Shown piece by piece: positions 20,289 through 29,403 of a stretch of 64,000 nucleotides of DNA. The stretch is from the NCBI GenBank assembly GCA_963841435.1, contig CAWJCS010000001.1:192001-256000 (forward strand). The letters run 5' to 3'. The notes beneath the pieces were generated by a model. It worked only from the letters and a program-made list of their open reading frames with translations. It searched no databases and had not been told where the DNA came from. Source of the stretch: an uncultured delta proteobacterium. GTDB taxonomy: Bacteria; Myxococcota_A; Polyangia; Polyangiales; Polyangiaceae. Made by a program: the position numbers and the translations under genes. Position 1 is the stretch's first letter; every line of letters starts with the position of its first letter.

Positions 20289-20563
20289 GCTTTAGCTTTG
20301 GCAGCGCGGGCGACCCCCGCTTCCGGAGAGCCAGTGGGGAGTCTCTGCCGCGGTCGCCAATGTTGATTTGTCCGGATGTAGCGCCATCGACAAGGGCCAG
20401 TCAAGCGAACGACAAGGGTATTGGGCCGACTGGCCGACCTCGATCGCCTAATAGTGCGGAGCGAAAAAGATAAATCGCTAAAGTGCCGTCACTGTAACAT
20501 GGCAGTGAAAGCAGATTTTACGGGTGGACGCCAACAAACCGCTGCGCGCGCGGGGGAGATCGC

Positions 20564-22306
20564 TCAATCGCAGCTCGTACCTTTGAGCGCCCCGGCGAGC
20601 TTCGGCGAGCCGGCGCCCATCGCCTGGGCGGCGCTGATGATGGCCTTCGCTTGAGAGCAATTTCCGTTGAGCGCGGCCGCCTTGGCGGCCGCGACCGCGC
20701 CGGCCTTCGCCGCGGAGATACAGCGGCCCTTCTCGTCAGCGCTGCAGCTCCCGATCGCGGCCGCGGCCCCGGAAATGTTGCCGGTCCGGGCGGCAGCCAC
20801 GCAGGCGTCGCAGCCACCGCCGCCTCCTGAGGGCTTGGTGGACGTAGGCGCCGCCGACGCCGAAGGAGCCGAGGTCGCCTTGCCCGTGCTCGGGGTGCTT
20901 GGCGACTTGCCCGTGGGATGAGTCGCGGGGGGCGTCGTTGCCGTGGGAGTTGCGGCGGCCGTGGGGGTGGTGTCGACCGGGGTGGTCGCGAGGGGCGCGA
21001 ACGCCGTGGGGCTCGGGGACGCCGCAGCGGGCGTCGTGGTCGGGATCGTCAGCACCTCCGGACCGTTGTCGGATTTCATCGAGCGCGCGGCCACGACGGC
21101 CATCGCCGCGAGCAAGAGCACTCCCATGACCCCGAGCCCCACGACGAGCCCCTTGCCGCCGCCCCGGTTGCGCGTGACGACCGGCGCGGGCGGGACGGCG
21201 ACGACGCCGGGCGGCGTCATTGGAACGTGGGGGGACATCGGGCCCGGCTTCGACGGAAACACCGGTGGCGGTCCGCTGAAGTCCGGGGCCTGAGCCATGG
21301 CCGCCGTGTCCGAGTGCTTGACGCCCTCGGGCGGGTCCCCCGTGACGGTCATGCGCGCGCCACCGGAGAGCTCCGCGAAGAACTCGCGCGCGCTCGCCTG
21401 GCGTTGCTCACGGTCCTTGGCGAGGGCGCGCAGGATGGCCTGGCGCATGGCCGGAGGGAGGTGGAGCGCCGGTGCCGACACCTCGAGCGGGATCGGCTGC
21501 GCCGTCATGTGCTGCGTGGCCCACTGCCACGGTGTGTCCGCCTCGAACGGCAGCTTGCCGGACAGCATCTCGTAGGCCATCACGCCGAGCGAATAGACGT
21601 CGCTGCGGGCGTCGAGCGCTTTGCCCGTGAATTGCTCGGGGCTCATGTAGGGCGGCGTGCCGAGCACCATGCCCTGCTGCGTGAGCTTCTGCTCCTTGTT
21701 CGCGTCGGCTGACTCCTGTCGCGCGGCAATACCGAAGTCCAGGACCTTCACGAAGTCGGTCTCGCCCGCACGATCGGTGAGCACGATGTTGTCGGGCTTG
21801 AGATCCCGGTGGATGATGCCCTGAAGGTGCGCTTCGTCCAGAGCGCCGCAGGTCTGCCGCATGATCTTGGTGACGCGCTCCGGTGAGAGCGGACCCTCTA
21901 GGATCACGTCGCTCAGCGGCTTGCCGGCGACGAACTCCATGGCGATGTAGAGCGTGCCGTCCTGGGTCGAGCCAAAGTCGTAGAACTTGATCGTGTTCGG
22001 GTGCTCGAGCTGCGCGACCGTGCCGCACTCGCGGTGGAAACGTGCCAGCACCGAGGGATCTTTGGAGAGGTGGCTGTGGAGTGTCTTGATCGCCACCTTG
22101 CGGACGGTGGTGCCCATCTGCTGCTCGCCGACGTACACCTTGCCCATGCCGCCTTCGCCGAGCACGCCCGTGACGCGGTAGCGTGCGCCGATCAGCTGGC
22201 CGATGAGCGGATCGGGCCCGTCTTGCGGGGTAGCCAGGATGGAACCGCAGCTCGCGCAGAAGCGAGCACCGTCAACGTTGTCGTGCCCACAGGCCTCGCA
22301 CTTCAT
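20564..22306 (-). CDS. Membrane Ser/Thr protein kinase with N-terminal zinc ribbon
   Basis: CEACG..FCASCG; LGEGGMGKVY, VAIK, HRDLKPDN, DFG, GTPPYMSPEQ; TM helix; Cys-containing extracellular end. Confidence 0.95.
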   Translation of the reverse strand: MKCEACGHDNVDGARFCASCGSILATPQDGPDPLIGQLIGARYRVTGVLGEGGMGKVYVGEQQMGTTVRKVAIKTLHSHLSKDPSVLARFHRECGTVAQLEHPNTIKFYDFGSTQDGTLYIAMEFVAGKPLSDVILEGPLSPERVTKIMRQTCGALDEAHLQGIIHRDLKPDNIVLTDRAGETDFVKVLDFGIAARQESADANKEQKLTQQGMVLGTPPYMSPEQFTGKALDARSDVYSLGVMAYEMLSGKLPFEADTPWQWATQHMTAQPIPLEVSAPALHLPPAMRQAILRALAKDREQRQASAREFFAELSGGARMTVTGDPPEGVKHSDTAAMAQAPDFSGPPPVFPSKPGPMSPHVPMTPPGVVAVPPAPVVTRNRGGGKGLVVGLGVMGVLLLAAMAVVAARSMKSDNGPEVLTIPTTTPAAASPSPTAFAPLATTPVDTTPTAAATPTATTPPATHPTGKSPSTPSTGKATSAPSASAAPTSTKPSGGGGGCDACVAAARTGNISGAAAAIGSCSADEKGRCISAAKAGAVAAAKAAALNGNCSQAKAIISAAQAMGAGSPKLAGALKGTSCD

Positions 22307-22415
22307 CGCAGCTCGGAGCGTTACACGAATCGCCTCGGGCCCGCTAGCCCCGCTCGTGCCCCGAGGCCCCAATCCGGACGCGGCCGCCGCGCCGTGGCCG
22401 TGCTAGCTCCGGTGC

Positions 22416-22847
22416 ATGCGGCGCGACGAGCTCGTCGGGTTCCTCCGGCGCCACCGGCTCGCCGTCGTGGCGAGCACCGGCCCGAGCGGCGCGCCCCAGG
22501 CCGCGGTCGTCGGCTTCGCGGTCACGGACGCGCTCGAGATCGTGTTCGACACGCTCGAGTCAACGCGCAAGTTCCAGAACCTCGCGGCCGATCCGCGCAT
22601 CGCCGTCGTGATCGGCTGGGATCACGAGGCAACCCTCCAGCTCGAGGGCCGCGTTGATTTTCCGGTCGGCGCCGAGCGCGATCGCATCCGAGATTGCTAC
22701 TTCGTCGCTTACCCCGACGGGCGCGAGCGCCTCGCATGGCCGGGCATCACCCACGCTCGCGTCACGCCGAGCTGGATTCGCTTCAGCGACTTCACCATCG
22801 ATCCGCCTCGTATCGTCGAGCTTTCACCCGCGGAGCTCGAGCCGTGA
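22416..22847 (+). CDS. Pyridoxamine 5'-phosphate oxidase-family (split barrel) protein
   Basis: FLRRHRLAVVAS..PQAAVV..RKFQNLAADPRIAVV..LQLEG. Confidence 0.85.
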   Translation: MRRDELVGFLRRHRLAVVASTGPSGAPQAAVVGFAVTDALEIVFDTLESTRKFQNLAADPRIAVVIGWDHEATLQLEGRVDFPVGAERDRIRDCYFVAYPDGRERLAWPGITHARVTPSWIRFSDFTIDPPRIVELSPAELEP

Positions 22848-24370
22848 GCGACGCCGGCGCACCGAGCGAGACACCCTCGGGGCCGCGCACCGTCGCGGCG
22901 GTCGATCTCGGCTCGAACAGCTTTCACATGGTGGTTGCGCGCGTCGAGGGGGCCGAGCCCAAGGTCGTCGATCGACTGCGCGAGCGCGTGCGGCTCGCCG
23001 AGGGTCTCGACGCGTCTCAGGAGCTAACGCCCGAGGCGATCGAGCGCGCCCTTTCGTGCCTTTCGCGCTTCGGCGAGCGCCTCCGCTCGCTGCCGCAAGG
23101 CGCCGTGCGCGCCGCCGGGACGAACACGCTCCGCCGTGCGCGCAATGCCGCCGGATTTCTGGAACGAGCACAGCGCGCGCTCGGTCACCCGATCGAGGTG
23201 ATCGCGGGCCGCGAGGAGGCTCGCCTCATCTACCTCGGCGTCTCGCACAGCGTCGCGCACGAGCCGGGCCGGCGGCTCGTCATCGACATCGGTGGCGGCA
23301 GCACCGAGTGCATCCTGGGGGAAGGCTTCGACCCCATGGCGACCGAGAGCTTGTTCATGGGCTGTGTGAGCTGGTCGCGCCAGTTCTTCCCGGGCGGCGT
23401 GATCAGGCGCGAAGATTTCCGGCGCGCCGAGCTGATGGCCATGCTCGAGCTGCGTTCGATCGAGCGGCGCTATCGCGACGTCGGGTGGGAGTCCTGTTAC
23501 GGCTCCTCGGGTACGGTGCTCGCCATCGCGCAGCTGCTCGCTGACAATGGCTTTTCCGAGGGCGGCATCACGCGCAAGGGGCTCAAGCGCCTGCGCTCGG
23601 TGCTGTGTGACGCGGGGCGCGCGAGCGCCGTCAAGCTCCAGGGCCTCGACCCCGAGCGCGTCAACGTGCTGCCGGGCGGTCTGGCGATCCTGATGGCCGC
23701 TTTCAAGCGCCTCGAAATCGACCTGATGCGGCCGGCGTCGGGGGCGCTCAGGGAAGGGCTGCTCTACGATTTGCTCGGCCGCATCCGTCACGAGGACGTG
23801 CGCGAGCGGACGATCCGCCAGTTCGAGGAGCGCTACCGAGTCGACCGGCTGCACGCGGCTCGCGTCGAGCGCACGGCGGTCGCGTGCCTCGAGCAGGTCG
23901 CCACGGCATGGGGCCTGAGGCTCGAGGACGCGCGCCACGCGCTCTCGTGGGCTGCGCGGTTGCACGAAATCGGGCTCGACATTTCGCACACGGGCTACCA
24001 TCGTCACGGCGCGTACGTGCTCGAGAACGCCGACATGCCCGGCTTCTCGAAGGACGAGCAGCGGCTCCTCGCCGTGCTCGTGCGAGCGCACCGTCGCAAG
24101 CTCTCGAACGAGGATTTCATGCTCCTCGCGGCTTCGGAGCGCGAGGAGGCCCTGCGCCTCGTCGTGCTCTTGCGCGTCGCCTTCTGCCTCAATCGCAGCC
24201 AGAGCGCCGAGCCACAGGCGAGCCCGTTGTGTCAGGCCGGGCGTTCCAAGCTTCTGCTGGCGTTTCCGGCCGCGTTTCTCGAGGAGTCGCCGCTCGTGCG
24301 CGCGGAGCTCGAGGAGGAGCGAGCTCGGCTCGCCGCAGTGAGCTTCGACCTCGAGGTGGTGACGCACTAG
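22844..24370 (+). CDS. ppx: Exopolyphosphatase / pppGpp phosphatase
   Basis: AAVDLGSNSFHM, GREEARLIY, DIGGGSTE, ALREGLLY, HEIG HD-like domain; GTG start overlaps the previous stop. Confidence 0.93.
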   Translation: MSDAGAPSETPSGPRTVAAVDLGSNSFHMVVARVEGAEPKVVDRLRERVRLAEGLDASQELTPEAIERALSCLSRFGERLRSLPQGAVRAAGTNTLRRARNAAGFLERAQRALGHPIEVIAGREEARLIYLGVSHSVAHEPGRRLVIDIGGGSTECILGEGFDPMATESLFMGCVSWSRQFFPGGVIRREDFRRAELMAMLELRSIERRYRDVGWESCYGSSGTVLAIAQLLADNGFSEGGITRKGLKRLRSVLCDAGRASAVKLQGLDPERVNVLPGGLAILMAAFKRLEIDLMRPASGALREGLLYDLLGRIRHEDVRERTIRQFEERYRVDRLHAARVERTAVACLEQVATAWGLRLEDARHALSWAARLHEIGLDISHTGYHRHGAYVLENADMPGFSKDEQRLLAVLVRAHRRKLSNEDFMLLAASEREEALRLVVLLRVAFCLNRSQSAEPQASPLCQAGRSKLLLAFPAAFLEESPLVRAELEEERARLAAVSFDLEVVTH

Positions 24371-24415
24371 GTGGTGACGCACTAGGTGGTGACGCACTAG
24401 GTGGTGACGCACTAG
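24356..24415. repeat. Perfect tandem repeat, 15 bp x4 (GTGGTGACGCACTAG)
   Basis: Read directly; the first copy is the last four codons plus stop of ppx. Confidence 0.97.
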
Positions 24416-25120
24416 GACCCTCGGCCCGGAACGGCGAGCGACGCGAGTGCCCTGGGCGGTGGCCCCGGCGTGTACGCCGCGTGGCTCGTCGAGCGCGGTT
24501 ACAGCGTCCACCTCGTCAACGCCGTGCCGCGCCACGTCGAGCAGGCGCGCGCGGCGCTGTCGCGCTTCGACGCCGGTCGCTGGTCGGCCGAAGTCGGCGA
24601 CGCGCGAGCGCTCGAGGCGGAGGCGGAGTCGGCCGACGCGCTGCTCTTGTGCGGGCCGCTCTACCACCTCACCGATGCGGGCGATCGCGCGCTCGCTCTC
24701 GCCGAGGCGTTCCGGGTGCTGAGGCCCGGCGGCGTGCTGTTCGCGGCGGCCATTTCGCGCTTTGCTTCGGCGCTCGACGGGATCGCGCGCGGGCTGCTCG
24801 CCGACCCGCTTTTCCGCGACATCGTCGGCGCGGATCTCGAGAGCGGTCAGCACCGAAACCCCACCGACAATCCCAGCTACTTTGCGACCGCGTACTTTCA
24901 CCGGCCCGAGGAGCTCGACGCCGAGGTGGCGGGCGCGGGCTTCGGCGTTCTGGAGCTTTCGGGCCTCGAGGGGCCGACGTGGCTCCTGCCCGACATCGGC
25001 AAGCGCTGGAGCGACCCGGCCGAGCGCGCGCGCCTGTCCGAGCTCCTCGAGCGGCTCGGGCACGAGCCGACGCTCGTCGGTGCGAGCGCGCACCTGCTCG
25101 CGGTCGCACGCAGGCCCTGA
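24416..25120 (+). pseudogene. Class I SAM-dependent methyltransferase, 5'-truncated
   Basis: GGGPGVYAAWL..VGDARAL..DALLLCGPLYHL..RVLRPGG. The N-terminal region and the VLD of motif I are missing; an in-frame TAG lies just upstream at 24413-24415. Confidence 0.7.
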
Positions 25121-25187
25121 ACGTGAGCCCGATGGCGGCGTCTCGTCCTTGCCGCACTCACGCGTGGGTCGTCTTTCAGCGCGGCCT

Positions 25188-27182
25188 TCACGCGTAGCCC
25201 TCGGCTTGTAGTCGGTAGAGGCGGGCGTACGTGTCGCCCTTCGCGAGCAGGGCTTCGTGCGTCCCGTCCTCGATGATGTGCCCGTCCTTCAGCACGAGGA
25301 TCCGGTCGGCCATCCTCACCGTGGGGAACCGATGCGAGATGATGAGGGTGGTGCGGCCCGCCGCGAGCTGCCGGAAGCGCTCGAAAACCGCATGCTCCGC
25401 CTCGGCGTCGAGCGACGCCGTGGGCTCGTCGAGCACGAGGATATCGGCCTGCTCGCGCATGAAGCCGCGCGCGAGCGCGAGCTTTTGCCACTGGCCGCCC
25501 GAGAGCTCGGCGCCGTCCTGGAACCAGCGCCCGAGCGGCGCTTCGAGCCCGGCCGTGAGCCCCGACACGACGGCCTCGGCCCCACCGCGCTCCACGGCGC
25601 GCACGATGCGAGGCTCGTCGGCGAGGTGCTCGACGCTGCCCACGCCGACGTTTTCGCGCAGCTTGAGCTGGTACTGGTTGAAGTCCTGGAACACGACGCC
25701 GAACCGCTCGAGCAGCGCGCGCCCGTCCCATTCCTTGAGGTCCTTACCGTCGAGCAGGATGCGACCCTCGGTCGGGTCGTAGAGGCGCGTCACGAGCTTG
25801 ACGAGCGTCGTCTTGCCGGCGCCGTTCTGTCCGACGAGCGCCACGCTCTGGCCGCGCGGGATGAACAGGCTCACGTCGCGCAGCACCCAGTCGTCCTTGC
25901 CCGGATAGCGGAAGCCGACGTGCTCGAGCCGGATACCGAGCTCGCCGAGCGCCGCGGAGGGGCGCGGGACGAAAGCAGGTGCCTCGGTGGGGAGCGCCGC
26001 CTTTTCGGCTTCGAACGGCGGCGTTCCGCCGAGACGCGTGCTGTCCGCCGCGGCTTGGCGGGCGCCGTCGCCTTTTGCGTCGTCCGCCGCCGCTTGGCGC
26101 GTGCCGTCGATCCGCGCGCCGCTCGTCGCGTGCGCGGCGGACGCGCCGCTTGGCGCGTCGGTCGTCGCGTCGAGATACGAAAAGAGATTCGACATGTAGA
26201 GGTTGTGCTCGTAGATCGCTCCGATGCCGTTCAGGATGCCTTGAAACGCCTGCTGACCGCTCCGGAACGCGAGCACGTACATCGTCATGTTGCCGAGCGT
26301 GAGCTTGCCCACGGCGGCGAGCGCTGCCATCGCCGCGTACGCGCCGTAGAAGGCGAGCGTCGCGAGCAGCGAAAGCGCGTGCGTGACGAGTGAGCGGCGG
26401 GTCGCGAGGTCCGAGTCCTCGCGGTGGAAGCGCTCGGCAAGCTCGCGGTAGCGCCCGAGAAAGAGCGGGCCCAGGCCGAAGAGCTTCACCTCCTTGGCGT
26501 GCTCGTCGTTGGCGAGGACGTACTCGAGGTACATGAGACGGCGCGAGTCGGGAGAACGCCAGTTTCTCAGGCGAAATGCGGTCTTCGAGTAGCGCATCTC
26601 GGCGAGCGTGGCGGGCACCGTCGCCACGAGGAGCCCGAGCACGGCCCAGCCGCTGAAGCCGAGTAGGAGCGCGCCGTAACCGCCCAGCGTGAGCACGCTC
26701 TGCACGAGGGCGAAGCTCTCGGTCACGAGCGAGACCGGTCGCGACGAGGCCTCGCGGCGGGCGCGCGTGAGCTTGTCGTAAAAGTCGGGGTCTTCGAAAT
26801 GCCGGAGCTCGAGGTGCGTGGCGCGCTCGAGGATCGCGACGTTCACGTCGGTGCCGAGGCGCGAACCGAGCACGCTGCGCGCGAGGCCCAGTCCTCGCGC
26901 GAGCGTCGCCTGCACGACGACGAGCCCGAGCTCGATGCCCACCCAGGTGAGCGTGAGATGCTCGGTGCGAGCCACCACGGCATCGACGATCTGCTTGCCC
27001 GCGTACGCGATCGCCGGCGGTACGGCCGACGCGAAGAGCGTCATCACGGCGAGCGCGACCGTGAGGCCGGGCGACGAGGCCCACACGAGCGCGAGCGCGC
27101 GACGCGTGTACGAAGCGCTCTCGGCGAGCGCCTCGGCGAGCGGTTTTTTCAGCTCCGGCTTGGGTCTGAGAGGGGGGCTCAT
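25188..27182 (-). CDS. ABC transporter, fused permease/ATP-binding protein
   Basis: TM domain, GQNGAGKTT, LSGGQWQK, LVLDEPT, SHR. Confidence 0.93.
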   Translation of the reverse strand: MSPPLRPKPELKKPLAEALAESASYTRRALALVWASSPGLTVALAVMTLFASAVPPAIAYAGKQIVDAVVARTEHLTLTWVGIELGLVVVQATLARGLGLARSVLGSRLGTDVNVAILERATHLELRHFEDPDFYDKLTRARREASSRPVSLVTESFALVQSVLTLGGYGALLLGFSGWAVLGLLVATVPATLAEMRYSKTAFRLRNWRSPDSRRLMYLEYVLANDEHAKEVKLFGLGPLFLGRYRELAERFHREDSDLATRRSLVTHALSLLATLAFYGAYAAMAALAAVGKLTLGNMTMYVLAFRSGQQAFQGILNGIGAIYEHNLYMSNLFSYLDATTDAPSGASAAHATSGARIDGTRQAAADDAKGDGARQAAADSTRLGGTPPFEAEKAALPTEAPAFVPRPSAALGELGIRLEHVGFRYPGKDDWVLRDVSLFIPRGQSVALVGQNGAGKTTLVKLVTRLYDPTEGRILLDGKDLKEWDGRALLERFGVVFQDFNQYQLKLRENVGVGSVEHLADEPRIVRAVERGGAEAVVSGLTAGLEAPLGRWFQDGAELSGGQWQKLALARGFMREQADILVLDEPTASLDAEAEHAVFERFRQLAAGRTTLIISHRFPTVRMADRILVLKDGHIIEDGTHEALLAKGDTYARLYRLQAEGYA

Positions 27183-29287
27183 CGTGAGGTCGGAGCGTTT
27201 CGCGCGGCGCGCTCAGCGCCCGAGCTCCCGCCTGCGATGCCTCGGCCGAGCACTTCGCTGCCGAATGGGCCGAGCTCGAGCCGATCCGTGACGTCACGGC
27301 CGTCGAGCAGGCTTTCGAAAGCATGCTTGCCGAGGTCGATGGTCGCCGGGGCGTTCGTGAAATTGATGAGGAAGACGAACTCACGGTCACCCTTGATGCG
27401 GCGCTGCGCCGTCACGCCGAGCGGGAGCTTTACCGCGAGGTTCTTCTCGAGGCCGAGGCGGGCGATGAGAGCGTCGTAGAAAGCGGCGAGCGAGTGCTCG
27501 TCGAAGCGCGCCGCCAAGTAGTACGCGCGGCCCTTGCCGAAAGCGTTCACGGTGAGCGCAGGGCCGCGAGCGTAGTAGTCCTCGGCGTACTCGGCGAGCA
27601 CGGTGGCGCCGCGCCCGTGGATCACCTCGAGGGCCTCGCGCGCCTCGAGGCTTCCCGAGAGCCCGAGCGGATTGCCGGGCAAAACGCGCACGACGCGGGT
27701 TGCCCCGTCGGACAGAACGTCCCATTCCTCGTTCCAGATGCCGAGCACGGCACCGAGCCCCGCGCCCGGAAATCCGCCCAAAAAGGCACGATTGTGCTCG
27801 TCGCAGTAGCCCGTGTAGAGCGTCGCCACCCAGCTACCGCCCGCCTCGACGAACGCGCGCAGGCGATCGGCGACACCGGGCTTGAGCATCCAGAGCTGCG
27901 GCGTGACGACGAGGTCGTAGCCAGAAAAATCACGGGTGCTCGCGATGACGTCCACGGAAATGCCCGCTTGCCAGAACGGCCGATAGTGCTCGATGCACAC
28001 GCGGTCGTACGCGTGGTCGCGCTTGTCGGGGCCCTCCGAGCGCTCGAAGCCCCAGTGTGCCTCCCAGTCGTAGACGACGGCGACGCGCGCCTGGACCATG
28101 CTGCCGAGGATCGGGTCGAGCCGCTCGTAGAGGCGCCCGAGCTCGGCGACCGTCCGGAAAGCGCGCGTGTCCTCGTGCCCCGCGTGGTCAACGACCGCGC
28201 CGTGGAATTTCTCGGCGCCGCCCCGGCCCTTGCGCCACTGGAAATAGCAGGTGCCCTCGGCGCCGTGAGCGAGCGCCTGCAGCATCTCGGCGCGGTGCAC
28301 GCCGGGTCGTTTGGCGCGCATCGGCTGCTTCCACTGCGGCGCCTCCGGGCAGCTCTCCATGAGCATCCAGGGCCGGTCCGGCTTCATGGCTCGGTAGAGG
28401 TCGTCCTTGAAGCTCACGCCCACGGCCGCGCGCCACGCTTCGGGGTCGGTGCCGTCGTAGGCCGGGTACTGGTCGTCGGCGACGAGATCGAGCTCCTCGG
28501 CGACGCGCGCATAGTCGAATCCGCTGAAAAGCCCCATGAAATTCGTCGTGCAGGGCACGCCCGGCGTGAGCTCACGAAGCGGCGCCATCTCCCACCTCAA
28601 AAAGTCGATCACCTGGTCGGTGTTGAAGCGGCGGTAGTCGACGGCCAGCGTGTCGACGGCCCCGTCGCGCGGCTCCACGTCCTCCCAGTTGCGGTAGTCG
28701 TGGCTCCAGAAGCTCGCCCACCATGCGTCGTTGAGCGCCTCGAGCGTCCCGTAGCGTTCCTCGAGCCAGCGCCGGAACCAGCCGATGCAAAGCTCGCAGT
28801 AGCACTCCCCGCTAAATTCGTTCGAGATGTGCCACATGCCGAGCGCGGGATGACCGGCGTAGCGCTCGGCGAGCTTGTGATTGATGGTGCGGACCTTGTC
28901 GCGGTAGATGGGCGACGACCAGCAGTGGTTGTGGCGGCCGGAGTACGGCTCACGACGCCCGCTCCGATCGACACGGCGCGTTTCCGGGTAACGCCGCGCG
29001 AGCCAGGCCGGCTTCGCGCCGCTCGGCGTCGCGAGAATGAGCCTTTGCCCCGCTTTGGCCATGCGCTCGAAAGTCCGGTCGAGCCAGCCGAAATCGAAGA
29101 CGTTTTCCTCCGGCTCGTAGCTCGTCCACGCGAAGATGCCGACGGCGAAGGTATTGGTCCCCGAGAGCTTCATGAGCCGGTAGTCCTCGTCGAGGATGCC
29201 GGGCTCCCGTTGCCACTGGTCGGGGTTGTAGTCGCCGCCGTGGAGGATGCGATGAAAGTCGGGGATGAGCAGGGGGCGCTCGGACAT
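27179..29287 (-). CDS. Beta-galactosidase, GH42
   Basis: HGGDYNPDQW, LATPSGAKPAW, WHISNE, LMES, YFQWRK..EKFHGAV. Confidence 0.93.
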   Translation of the reverse strand: MSERPLLIPDFHRILHGGDYNPDQWQREPGILDEDYRLMKLSGTNTFAVGIFAWTSYEPEENVFDFGWLDRTFERMAKAGQRLILATPSGAKPAWLARRYPETRRVDRSGRREPYSGRHNHCWSSPIYRDKVRTINHKLAERYAGHPALGMWHISNEFSGECYCELCIGWFRRWLEERYGTLEALNDAWWASFWSHDYRNWEDVEPRDGAVDTLAVDYRRFNTDQVIDFLRWEMAPLRELTPGVPCTTNFMGLFSGFDYARVAEELDLVADDQYPAYDGTDPEAWRAAVGVSFKDDLYRAMKPDRPWMLMESCPEAPQWKQPMRAKRPGVHRAEMLQALAHGAEGTCYFQWRKGRGGAEKFHGAVVDHAGHEDTRAFRTVAELGRLYERLDPILGSMVQARVAVVYDWEAHWGFERSEGPDKRDHAYDRVCIEHYRPFWQAGISVDVIASTRDFSGYDLVVTPQLWMLKPGVADRLRAFVEAGGSWVATLYTGYCDEHNRAFLGGFPGAGLGAVLGIWNEEWDVLSDGATRVVRVLPGNPLGLSGSLEAREALEVIHGRGATVLAEYAEDYYARGPALTVNAFGKGRAYYLAARFDEHSLAAFYDALIARLGLEKNLAVKLPLGVTAQRRIKGDREFVFLINFTNAPATIDLGKHAFESLLDGRDVTDRLELGPFGSEVLGRGIAGGSSGAERAARNAPTSR

Positions 29288-29403
29288 GGGCGCCACCGAG
29301 GCTAGTATCGTTCGGGCGGTCGTGGCAGGTGGGATCGGGCGGTTCGGTGCCGCCCGGCGGGTGATGGCGCGGCCGCGATTGTGATACGAGGGAGCCCGAA
29401 AAC

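Noticed and set aside
24356-24415. Possible CRISPR array
   Set aside because: Units are 15 bp, directly adjacent with no spacers, and no cas genes are present.
27323-29305. 660-aa plus-strand ORF, and similar long ORFs such as 23024-25093, 29302-31185, 42959-45196, 46590-49133 and 37564-39636
   Set aside because: Antisense shadows of clear genes, expected in high-GC DNA with few stop codons; no recognisable motifs.
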